The notes under the pieces were generated by a model. It saw only the letters and a program-made list of their open reading frames with translations. It searched no databases and was not told where the DNA came from. Positions 38,661 through 49,260 of a DNA stretch of 60,000 bases are shown one piece after another. Made by a program: the position numbers and the translations under genes. The stretch is taken from positions 49,106,001 to 49,166,000 of the forward strand of contig CM097885.1 in NCBI GenBank assembly GCA_044892525.1, written 5' to 3'. Every line of letters starts with the position of its first letter. Position 1 is the stretch's first letter. The DNA is from Schmidtea polychroa (lineage: Eukaryota).

Positions 38661-38678
38661 TCCCGGTTCGCGGCACCA
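38661..38678 (-). promoter_or_regulatory. Primer-binding site, tRNA-Phe-like
   Basis: TGGTGCCGCGAACCGGGA, 2 nt downstream of the LTR end. Confidence 0.75.
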
Positions 38679-38680
38679 CA

Positions 38681-39235
38681 TGTTGAGGTCTCAATAATAT
38701 TTATTGAAACCCAACGTGCACTGGTTATAACTATATAGATATATAAATATGAAAACACAAAGGCCAAATTTGTAACTAAAATTTATTAATATAAAATTTT
38801 TTACCAATTCAAATTATCGGCTTGAATATCTTCAAAATCAATCTCTCGTTTCAAACTCTTTTACAATCAATTATTCACTTCAAACTCTTTTTGATTTACT
38901 TTCACGATGCGTGTTGTGTTTTGTGTGTGCGTGTTGTGTTGCTTGTGATAACCTTTAGATGTTTTTATAGTGTCTGTCTGATTTTTATGCTTTGTAAGGA
39001 TTTACCTTCTAAAGCAGTACTAATCGCTTATTTTTTTGGGCGAATTTTGTGATTTTGGGTTCAGTATATATACTGAATTTTTGTTTACTCAATCCACAGA
39101 AGAAAACCCCATTTATTTGTTCTTACACAATACCCACATTCAAACGGACTCAAAACTACTTCTCTTGTTTATTTACCAAATTTTCCTCTCTTCTTTTTAT
39201 TTATTCAGAACTCACACATGGGTTATTTCCCAACA
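38681..39235 (-). repeat. 5' LTR of the env-bearing element (outer boundary uncertain)
   Basis: TGTTG...CAACA termini, adjacent PBS, TATAAAA on the minus strand at ~38965. Confidence 0.65.
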
Positions 39236-40519
39236 GCGACCTTCCTTATTTACTTAATAAATTGTTTCTTTATTTAACCAGATTTTATATTTCCCTTTTT
39301 TGTGGATTATTTAAATGTAATTAAAATATAAATTATTATAATATATTGTACAAAAGGATATAAGAGTATAAATTACTACGTTGTAAAAAAATAAAATATG
39401 AATTACTACAATATAAAAAAAATAAAATGTGAATCTATTCAGCATATAAAAATGAAAGATACAATCTAAAATAAAATATGCAGCTTATACCATATACAAT
39501 AAAATAAAGATGAGGATATAAATTGTTATAAAATATACAATCCCAAAGATTCATTATTGTTAGAAAGATTAAATCACATTTGTCTCTTAATATAGTAATT
39601 GTTAAATCACGCTTGATTGTTTGTGAACAGTCTTCTTTCTGCGAATATATTCACCCGGTATCGATTCGGGCCTGTTTGATAATACTTTGTTAACTCGAAT
39701 TTTTCAATTCTTCGACCCCTGTCATCCAACAATAGTCAAATCAAAATGTCAACATCAATAATTAAATTTAATCACAACGATCCTATAGTTAGATATAGTT
39801 CATGCAACGACGATTTATCGACACTGCTCTCCGGGTTGGATTGGGTTGGATTGGGTTGGCTTGTTCTGAGGGCTTTATATAAACATTTACCCTGAAATTA
39901 TTTGGACCCACTCTATAATATTTAGTGAGCTCGAATTCGTTTATTACTCGGCCCCTGTCATCCAACAAATACAATATATATTATATGAACTTTCTTATTC
40001 AAATTTCACTACTGAGAATATATGAGAATATATTATGAGAACTTTTTTTCTTCCAATTTCACCACTCATTACTTTTGCCATGGAATTTATTAAAAAGAGA
40101 GTTTGAAGACTATAAATCAGTAATATATCGTAATGACATATCAGTAATAACATAGACATATGAATCATCATTTTGAACAAAGACTGAAAAAAAGACATAT
40201 GACTCATCATTTTATGGAACAAAGACAATGACTCATCATATATTTTTAGAACCAAAACAATGACTCGTCCGATGACTTATAAAAAGTACAATAATTATTA
40301 GTAATAGGAAACAGTACACAATTAAAATATGTAAAATATGTAAGAGTACAGGATAGAATTCAGGTCTACAGGACCCTTGTTCTACACTAGCATAAAATAA
40401 TAAACAACTATATAATTAATATATAAGGACAGGTAAGATTCAAGTCTTTTATAGACCCTTACTCTTAGCTAAATTTGTAGTATTTTTGAAGTTTTTCTTT
40501 TGCTTCTTTGTCTTTATAT

Positions 40520-41736
40520 TTTCTCATTTTTTGCCGTTTTTCTTTTTGGTTTTTTTTCTTTTTCGGTCATTTTCTTTTTGAGATATAGCGGTAATTTGGG
40601 CTTCCGTTTCTTCCTCTATTCGTTTTTTTTATACTTTTTCTTGTGTTGCGATTTTGGCTTTCTCTTCTTTTTCTTTGCGTTTTATGTCCGCTTTTTCTTT
40701 TTCCTTTACTGCCTTTTCGAATTGTTTTCTGAATTCAATAGTGGCTTTTTCATTTTCTCTTTTTGTGTTGGAGCTTTCATCTTCCGAGTATTTTATGACT
40801 GTCATTTTCTTTTCACTTGTAGTCGATTTTTCTTTTGTGTTGTAGTCAAATCTTGCATATTTAGCTTCTATTTCATAGTCGCTATCTTCTGGTTCAGATA
40901 CTAGATCCTCACTAGAATCTCCATAGTAGGATTCTTCGTATGATTTATAAAATCTTTCTTCTTCTGGATCAGATGAGTATAGAGGTGTTATTTTGGTTGA
41001 TCCTCTTTTTGCTTTTTCATGGATTTCAATTTTTTCCTCTTCATTTTGTGGTGATTGTACTTCCACTTCTTGTTCATTCAAATCAGGAACATTTGCTGCT
41101 TTTTTGGCTTCTGCTTCTACTTCTTGAGCTGCCTCATTGTTTGGCAGACTTGCTATATGTTTGCCGAGGTTGAAGGATCTAGGTACTCCAACTATTGATC
41201 TTTTGATCATGAAATTGAAGTATTTTATTGTGGTTCTTTGATCCCGTATGTTATCGAATTCATATGTTCTGAGTACATCTTCTGTTGATAAGTTTTTCAT
41301 CCTTTTCCCTGAGTATTGGGGAATTCTTTATCCATTCATCTGGGATTGTGAAATTTGTGAGAACATTGGGCCAGTTTATATTACTGAGGGAATTGCATGT
41401 ATTTTCGATGATATTTTCTGTTAGAATTATCAATCTCTTCTTATCCTCGAGTGTCACATCCCTATAGATGGCATTTATGGTGAAGAATTTTCTTGCAATG
41501 TTGAAGTCAATTTTTGTGGTATTTGACTTGGTGAATTTGTTATAATTTTCCCTGGTAAACCATGGCAATGACTTTTCTCTTTTTCTAATTGCAATTTTCT
41601 GGTTTAAATCTTTGATAAACTTTGTTGCTGAGACATTATTCTCCGTAGGTTGATGAGATAATGACCTTGTGAATTGCCGATATCCCCGCAATGAATAAAA
41701 TAACATCTTAAATAATAATAAAATAATTTTAAGCAA
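40520..41736 (-). pseudogene. Unknown ~400-aa protein with acidic and Lys/Glu-rich C-terminus, frameshifted
   Basis: ORFs 41736-41260 and 41300-40629 overlap and join with a 1-nt indel; no recognizable domain. Confidence 0.45.
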
Positions 41737-42644
41737 TAACTTTTGATATCAATCCCAATTAATTCTAAAGATTTTAAATATTTCATTGTCAAAACAAAAT
41801 AAATAGACACCTTATTGATCATTAACCCTAAACAACTTAATAAAACCGTGAATAATTAATAAAAACTGGTTCTAAAAGTAAAACATAAATTTAAATTACT
41901 GTGCAATACCATTCATACAATATAATTTCACAGAAACTATTATTAATTCATAGCTAAGTACTAACTATTTTTCTTGAAAATTTGATATTTTACCAATAAG
42001 AATAAAATTATCTTTCGATTTTACGCTGCTTACCATTTTAGAATAAGATATTTTATCAAAATTTGTGATAATTTGACTGATTCAATTTGATGGTTATTTT
42101 TAATTCGTCGTCATAATACTCCATGATTATTTGATATACATTTTTAATATGAATTCATATCTTTATTAATGTGAAATTATATATGTAACTTCTACATCAT
42201 TTTGAGACAGCATAAGCTTTCAACAACCAATTGAATGAGCCAAAAACTTGAATGAAAAGCTCAAAGCGAACTTCTTCATTTGTTAGAGTCTGTTATCAGT
42301 GGTTTGTTAAATCAATAACTACTTTCTGACTCCGAGCATGTCTTATTAGACAACAGCAACGGATTTCAAATGATAAAACGTTATTGAATAGAACCGATTG
42401 TTAAAACGATTACAATGACACCGAATACTCAATGCAACTCAAACGTGTTCAGGGTCTCATTGCAAACTTTTGAAAGGAAAAGTACTTTAGAAACACTTTA
42501 CTATATGACCACTTAATACAATGCATATATTGAATAAATGACATCACTGAATAGAGTTTCTATTTTGTTTTAAATATTTTACTCTTCTTAGAACGAAACT
42601 GCTTTCAACGATGCATGATTCAAACCTTCTTCAGCCTATAGCTA

Positions 42645-44196
42645 TGTTGGTTACTTAGGGGTGTATCATTTTTACATTTTAAAATGCGTTAGGGGTAATC
42701 ATAATCGTTCGACTCTTTCCTAAGCACCTCCATGACTATTGAAATTTAAACCATTTGTGTACCCATGGTGACGACCATGTTGGTACTGTACACAAAGGCG
42801 AAAAACAATGAGCAGGTGAGCTCTATTACTAAAACTACTCCCCATTGTATTTTCTTTTCGGGTTCTAGACTGCCGATAGAAGGTCTTACGTCATTATTCA
42901 CTATGTATGCTGTTTTTAGATCATTTGTGGTCCTCAATTACGGATATTTCCTATTGCTCTCTTACAAAAATTTTTCGCAGGGATCCGCCCTTATTTTCCA
43001 GCTAATAATTATTATTCTACACTTCCTACAATATCTAAATTATCCTTTGAAAAATTTGAGCAGGGATTGGCCCTTATTTCCAAGTTAATCCACGCTTCCC
43101 ATAATATTTAAGTTATACTTCAAAAAAAATTTGAGCAGGGATCTGCCTGTATTCTCAGTCCTAACCTACATTTGACCACAGTACTTCCAGCGATAGGACC
43201 CGCGAGGAAGCCTCCACATTCCGGCCCAATCCAGCTGCGCGATTGAAAAACCAGCATACCCACCAGTCTGAGCATCCCGAAGGTACCTCAAACCATGATA
43301 TGCTGAATCTCAATTCAGCGGTACTAACGTTCGTAATCAGTTAGTATAAAAATTGAACACAATAAAATTATTATTTAATACCTACAACTAAATGAAATTA
43401 AACAATTAAAAGAAAATAACAAAAGAAAATTTAACTAAAAATTTTATTGCATATTAAATTAAATCATCTCGTAAAATTACTACAACAATAAAAAATAAAT
43501 TACCAAATCCACGTTGGCATAAAATCGAAAACTGAGAGCTTCACTGTCTGCAACTAAATTTTGATGTTAGAGAAAAAGTTTTTTAAATGAATTTCTGATC
43601 AGTATTTATACTGATTTTGAATGCGTATGCATGCATTTGCTGCCACTCTATCCAATCAGAGTGCGAGAAATTCTGAATTAGTCTTGCATACATGCATGAG
43701 TGTGTGCAATTGTTTATTTGTTTTAATTCAATAAATTTAATTAATTTCTTATTTAATTTTTATTAATTTTAATTTTATAAATTTTATAATTTAAATAATT
43801 TGAGTTATATTAATTTTTATTAATTTAAACATTTTTATTCTTTAAATTTAATAAGTTAAATAACCATTTAATTCTATAAACTTTACAATTTATATAATGC
43901 TAACTAATTTTATTATTTTTGACGATTTAATTTTTATATTGTTTAAATAATTTTCAACTAATTCTATTTTATATTTTATTATTTTTCTATTTAAATTTTT
44001 AAGTGTTGAATTTTTTGTTAAATTTATTTATCTCTTATTCTATTATACGGGGTTTTTTGGTTCTTAATGTGTGATGTAATTTATTTCATTTATTTTAAAT
44101 TAAACCTTGGTCATAAATTTTTCAACTTTGCGGTTTTTGTGTTAGGTATTTTCGATCGATTAAAACAAACTCTCAGTTCTCGGCTTCAGCCCAACA
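42645..44196 (-). repeat. 3' LTR (followed by a flank copy 44197-44560 and a second LTR end 44559-44664)
   Basis: Differs from 55890-57441 by about 2 substitutions and about 5 homopolymer indels, counted by eye. Confidence 0.93.
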
Positions 44197-45693
44197 GCTA
44201 TTTCGCAAACTGCAAATATATGGTATAAAGACCTACACGAAGTGGTAATTGTGCCACTCCATTTATTCAGAATAGTTTTATTACGCAGTTCATCGGTACA
44301 TCTCCTGTGATATCTGTGGACGAAGGCTACTGACTGAGGTTGTTTACATATGGTACGCCCATGCAGGCCCGTCAATTTGAATAATTTTCATGTCACAAGT
44401 GTATTTCAAATATTTCTCTTCATGCTCTGATTGATAATAGTGCTTCAAATTATATTCGTTACATTCGTCACCAGATATCAAAAATACATAATTTTCATTC
44501 TTTTTAATATTACTTGAAATCACATCCATGTATAAATTACATAATAATTTATTTTAGTTATTTTAAATTAAACCTTGGTCATAAATTTTTCAACTTTGCG
44601 GTTTTTGTGTTAGGTATTTTCGATCGATTAAAACAAACTCTCAGTTCACGGCTTCAGCCCAACAAATCACTCCGGGACCCGTTAAAATTGCGTCCCGCAA
44701 TTCTGTTAGACATATGAATTTCCCAGGTCATAGTCTATTACATTCCCATTAACCTATAAACATACTATAATAGCTTAAGACATGTTAGAATTCAATTAGC
44801 AGAAAAAGGTCTAAGCTCAAATTCAAGCAGTTGTCACATACAGTGACTGGTCATAATACATATACATACTGATACAGTGTCCAAACTCAAGTACGAGTCA
44901 TATGCAAAAGTTTTATTTCTGGATAAATTCATCAGTTGGTTGTTTCTCTCGTTTCTGGGCTCGGTTTTCGATCTTTCGTCTGGGTTGTGTAGGCATGTTT
45001 GGTCCCTGCTGTTTATTTTCATAGTTAGCTCGTAATATTTACTGAAGATCATAGGATTTTCTCTATCAGGGTTTGACTGTTGTTCCCTGATTCTCTTTGA
45101 ATTTTTAGGCTGGGATTCCGGTTTTCTGGATCATTTGATGGTAGTTGACAGACCTTGCTCAAGGGTCTTCGGGACTTTTGTTTAACTTGGTGATTTGACA
45201 CATAGATTTTTCTTTTGGTTTTTCTCGGTGGTTTTTGTTTACGGTATTGCTCTTATTAAGGGATTTTCTTTTTCTAATGGGTAACTCAAATTATCTTCGA
45301 TTTGGGTCTTAGTTAACTTGATTTGACTAACTTTCCAATGTCACTGGGGCTGTGACTTTCGTCTCATTTATCAGGATCTTTTACCGTTCTCCTTAGTTTT
45401 GGGTTCTAAATTAGATATTTTTCGATATTCGTTTAACTCATTCTTTCTGGGTTTGCACTTTTATCTTTCTTCTGGATTTATATTCTTTCTTCTCATTTGA
45501 GCCTCTTTTCTCCTTTACCATTGTAAGGGTTCAAATTTAGTAGTTTTCACAACTGATTACTTGATCCATTTCTATTTATACATCGATCTTTTGCTACATT
45601 ATACATCAATTTATACTTATACATCTAGTACATTTAGTTTGCTATTTATACATCAATTTTTACATATGTTCACTTCCTTTTTACTATTTTCAT

Positions 45694-48255
45694 CTACACT
45701 TCCTCTTTAATTTCCACCACATCCTTTGGACTACCCTTCTTCTTTTCCTTGGCCGTCATCATTTGTGTCTCTTTTGCCCTATCTTTGCATTTTTCTCGAT
45801 TACTCGTTATTTCATTGATTCTTAATTCGGCTGACCTTGCTTCTTCTTTTAGTCGGAGTATCGTTGTCTTAAGTACCTCATTTTCTCTTGTTTTGTTTTC
45901 TGCAACTTTTCTCCATATCATTATCAATTCATCCTGTCTCGTTTCTTTTACAACCAGTTCCATTATTAACCTGCACTGTTCCACACATTGTCTCCTCAAT
46001 TCCTCGTATGCGTTGGGTTTCACCTGTTCCTTCACGTCATTTGTCCGTCTCTGTACATTTGTCGACTGTTGTTTTATTAACATTGGAGACTGATGTTTTC
46101 GAATTCCTGGCTGATAAATTCTGTTTTCGACATAGTTTTTATTGTTTTGTTCTGTGACGTATTCTCGTGACTGATCTCTCACTGGATTGGTCCCATTTGG
46201 ACAGTTATTGACCAAATGTCCCGTTCTTTTACATTCGTAACACCTTTTTATGCGGCGACATTTATTTTTTCCGTGCTCATTTTTCTGACAATTCCCATAC
46301 GTCTTATCGAAGAACCGATAGCGCTCATTATGTCCTTGTGGTTGGTATTTGTTCCCGTAATTGTTTGTACTCGCGTCCCATTCGATATCTGGTTCGCACT
46401 CGCTTTCAGTTTTTAACGTGTTTATGTCATGGTACTTTTCTTGCGTTTTTTCGTTATTTCGTTTTCCGTGATTTCCGCCATTCTTTGATTCGTGTTTTTC
46501 CTGGATTGCTGCAATTCCAACCTGACTATCTATGCCGGTATGATCTCTCTGATTGTCCTCAAATGTTTTGATGTTTTGATGGGCTGATATTACCTGTTCC
46601 ATTTTTTCAATTATTTCGCTTTCGATCCTTGTGTCCGGAATTTTTTGTAAATCTATTTCGTTGCTCGTTATCATTCTCATCATATTGATTTGTATTACTC
46701 TTTTTTGTTCTCTTTCCCACATTCTTTCTATCTTTTCCTTCTGGTTGTCGTTGGTGGTTAGTCTCATTATATCCATTTTTAAAAGTTCTTCCTTTCTCGT
46801 TCTCCAATATTTTTCTTCTCTTCTTGCCTGAGATTCTTTTCGTTTACTCCATCTTTCCTCCGCTTCTCGTGCTTCCGCGATCTGTAAGGTATTCCATTCT
46901 CGTTGTTGTTTTGTTTGGATATTTTGAATTTGTAATGTGCCTCCCACACATTGTAATACATTTATTCTTGATTGTTGTTTTGCTTCCGCTTGAAACTGGT
47001 AATCGATCATGTTACTGCACAGTCCCGTGAGAATTGTTATTTGATTTTGTATTTCAGCTAGTTGCTTTGCTGACGTATCCCTATTGTCACTCCGTTGCTG
47101 GTTTCTTTCTTTCGTACACGCGACTGCTAGATGGTCTCCTTGTCCGCACAAGAAACATTTTTTGGATACCCCACATCTTACTGCGGTATGTCCTTTCTGA
47201 TCGCAATTCCAACATCTTCTTTGCCCATGACATTCATCGAGCCAGTGTCCTTGTCTCTTGCAGTTATTACAAAACTTTCCAATGTTTCTATTATTCAACC
47301 TCTTGCTTTTGTTGTCATTTTCGTTTCTTCGATCATTGTTGTTATGACTCCACTGTCTGTGGTGTTGGGGTTGATTATCTGCGGTATGCCTCCTACTTGG
47401 TGGTTGTGTTACTTTGGTGTACATTTCGCTTACATTCGCTGCCTCTACTGCTTCGTTCAGCGTCTTGCAGATTTTGCATCCGACTACACCTTTAATGTCA
47501 TCTCGTCGCAATCCTTTTACAAATTGGGTTACTAGTTGTGTTTCCATATCCTTTTCACTGAATAGCGGTTTGGCTAGACGTCTTAGTGCGCTTGCGTAAA
47601 GTATATTTGATTCATTCACTGCTTGTCCTCGATTGAAAAATTCTAGAAATTTGTATTGTGGATCTTTTGGTTCACCAAATGTTTTTATCAGAGCTTCCTT
47701 AATTTCTTTCCAGGTTTTTAGTGGGATTGTACACTCTTTCATTCCGACGTACCAATTAAACGCGTCGTCTGCTAGATATAGTGGGAGTCTTCTCACTATC
47801 ATTTCGGGTGTCCATTTTAGAGCATCGCAATAAGATTCGAAATGTTGGACGAAGTTTGATAGTTTGTTCGGTTTTCCATCGTATTTTTCGCCATTATATT
47901 TTCCCTGGAAATTGGGTATCTCCATTTCACTGAGTTTCTTGTTGATCGCTTCCATTTGGGCTGCTGTATCTACCATCTCAAATTGTATTCCTTTTCCGTT
48001 TGCCTTTTCTTTTATTAGGTTTATGTCACTTTTATTATTTCTGTTTTCAGATAGAGTTTTTCCTGCCTGAGGTTCTGATACGCGTATTACGCTTCTTGGC
48101 TTATTGTTTTCCAAATCCTTTTCACTGCTTCCTTTTATGGATCGACTTTTGGTTTTTGAGATGTCTTTTTGATTTTGCTTTTCGATTTCTTGTGCTTGCG
48201 TGGGTTTAATAGTTCGTCTTCCTTTCTTTGCAACTTTTAATTCTTCTTCTTTCAA
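45694..48255 (-). CDS. Gag, 853-aa open frame with multiple CCHC knuckles and coiled coils
   Basis: YDGKPNKLSNF, WTPEMIVRRLPLYLADDAFNWY, QFVKGLR; CNNCKRQGHWLDEC, CWNCDQKGHTAVRC, CFLCGQGDHLAVAC, CYECKRTGHLVNNC. Confidence 0.9.
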   Translation of the reverse strand: MKEEELKVAKKGRRTIKPTQAQEIEKQNQKDISKTKSRSIKGSSEKDLENNKPRSVIRVSEPQAGKTLSENRNNKSDINLIKEKANGKGIQFEMVDTAAQMEAINKKLSEMEIPNFQGKYNGEKYDGKPNKLSNFVQHFESYCDALKWTPEMIVRRLPLYLADDAFNWYVGMKECTIPLKTWKEIKEALIKTFGEPKDPQYKFLEFFNRGQAVNESNILYASALRRLAKPLFSEKDMETQLVTQFVKGLRRDDIKGVVGCKICKTLNEAVEAANVSEMYTKVTQPPSRRHTADNQPQHHRQWSHNNNDRRNENDNKSKRLNNRNIGKFCNNCKRQGHWLDECHGQRRCWNCDQKGHTAVRCGVSKKCFLCGQGDHLAVACTKERNQQRSDNRDTSAKQLAEIQNQITILTGLCSNMIDYQFQAEAKQQSRINVLQCVGGTLQIQNIQTKQQREWNTLQIAEAREAEERWSKRKESQARREEKYWRTRKEELLKMDIMRLTTNDNQKEKIERMWEREQKRVIQINMMRMITSNEIDLQKIPDTRIESEIIEKMEQVISAHQNIKTFEDNQRDHTGIDSQVGIAAIQEKHESKNGGNHGKRNNEKTQEKYHDINTLKTESECEPDIEWDASTNNYGNKYQPQGHNERYRFFDKTYGNCQKNEHGKNKCRRIKRCYECKRTGHLVNNCPNGTNPVRDQSREYVTEQNNKNYVENRIYQPGIRKHQSPMLIKQQSTNVQRRTNDVKEQVKPNAYEELRRQCVEQCRLIMELVVKETRQDELIMIWRKVAENKTRENEVLKTTILRLKEEARSAELRINEITSNREKCKDRAKETQMMTAKEKKKGSPKDVVEIKEEV

Positions 48256-48829
48256 TAAACTTGGTTCTATTATTAGCTGTTTTGATCTGGTATGCTTTGT
48301 TATTGGTTCAATATTTCTGAACTTGGCTTAATTATTTGACAATAACTTCTATTTGATTGCTGATACTTGGCTATTGGCTTGATTGATTGATTTACCTGAA
48401 TAGAAAAATATCACTTCTCCCTATCGTTTATTATATTTATAAATTATAATATATATATTATATAGTGTAATTGCAATATTTTTACTTTGGTTTCTTTGGG
48501 TACCGGCATATCTTAATATTCATTTCGTCGTTATTTTTGTTTACACATTGGTCCTCAAATTATTCTTAACTCGATTCTCCATTATCCATTCTATATCCTC
48601 ATCTATTCTCCTGCATGGTTGTCTATTTTCAATTCGTTTTTCGTCTTTTTCCTTCACAATCTTATTTATTTTCAGTTATATATCCGTCAATGACTTCGGC
48701 CGTATTCTCGTTTATATTCTCGTCTATGTTTCTTCCAGGTACTCATCTATATTCTCGTTTATCTTTCCTTTTACATTCTCGTCTATATTCACGTCTGTTA
48801 TTTCCGTTTCTATTCGTAGCCATTATTCT

Positions 48830-49260
48830 CATTTATATTCGTATCTATTATTCGCATCTATTATTCGCATCTATTATTCACATTTATTATTCGCATCTAT
48901 TATTTGCATCTATTATTCGCATCTATTATTCGCATCTATTATTCACATTTATTATTCGCATCTATTATTTGCATCTATTATTCGCATCTATTATTCGCAT
49001 CTATTATTCGCATCTATTATTCGCATCTATTATTCGCATCTATTATTCGCATCTATTATACGCATCTAGTATTCGCATCTATTATTCGCATCTATTATTC
49101 GCATCTAGGATTCGCATCTATTATTCGCATCTATTATTCGCATCTATTATTCGCATCTATTATTCGCATCTATTATTCGCATCTATTATTCGCATCTATT
49201 ATTCGCATCTATTATTCGCATCTATTATTCGCATCTATTATTCGCATCTATTATTCGTCT
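48830..49260. repeat. 13-bp minisatellite (TATTCGCATCTAT)n, ~33 copies
   Basis: Head-to-tail units with no spacers. Confidence 0.97.

Larger units (their letters stand above)
32427..39235 (-). mobile_element. Ty3/Gypsy-type LTR element with a chuvirus-like env between gag and protease; truncated within the protease
   Basis: LTR, PBS, then gag, Ubl/AT-hook ORF, glycoprotein and protease collinear on the minus strand; no RT or integrase; no shared TSD found. Confidence 0.85.

Noticed and set aside
42746..43088. ORFs within the LTRs (also 55944-56334)
   Set aside because: Short, no motifs, and frames differ between the two LTR copies
45749..48209. Plus-strand ORFs over gag, and similar shadow ORFs over transposases
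   Set aside because: Antisense shadows of real coding frames
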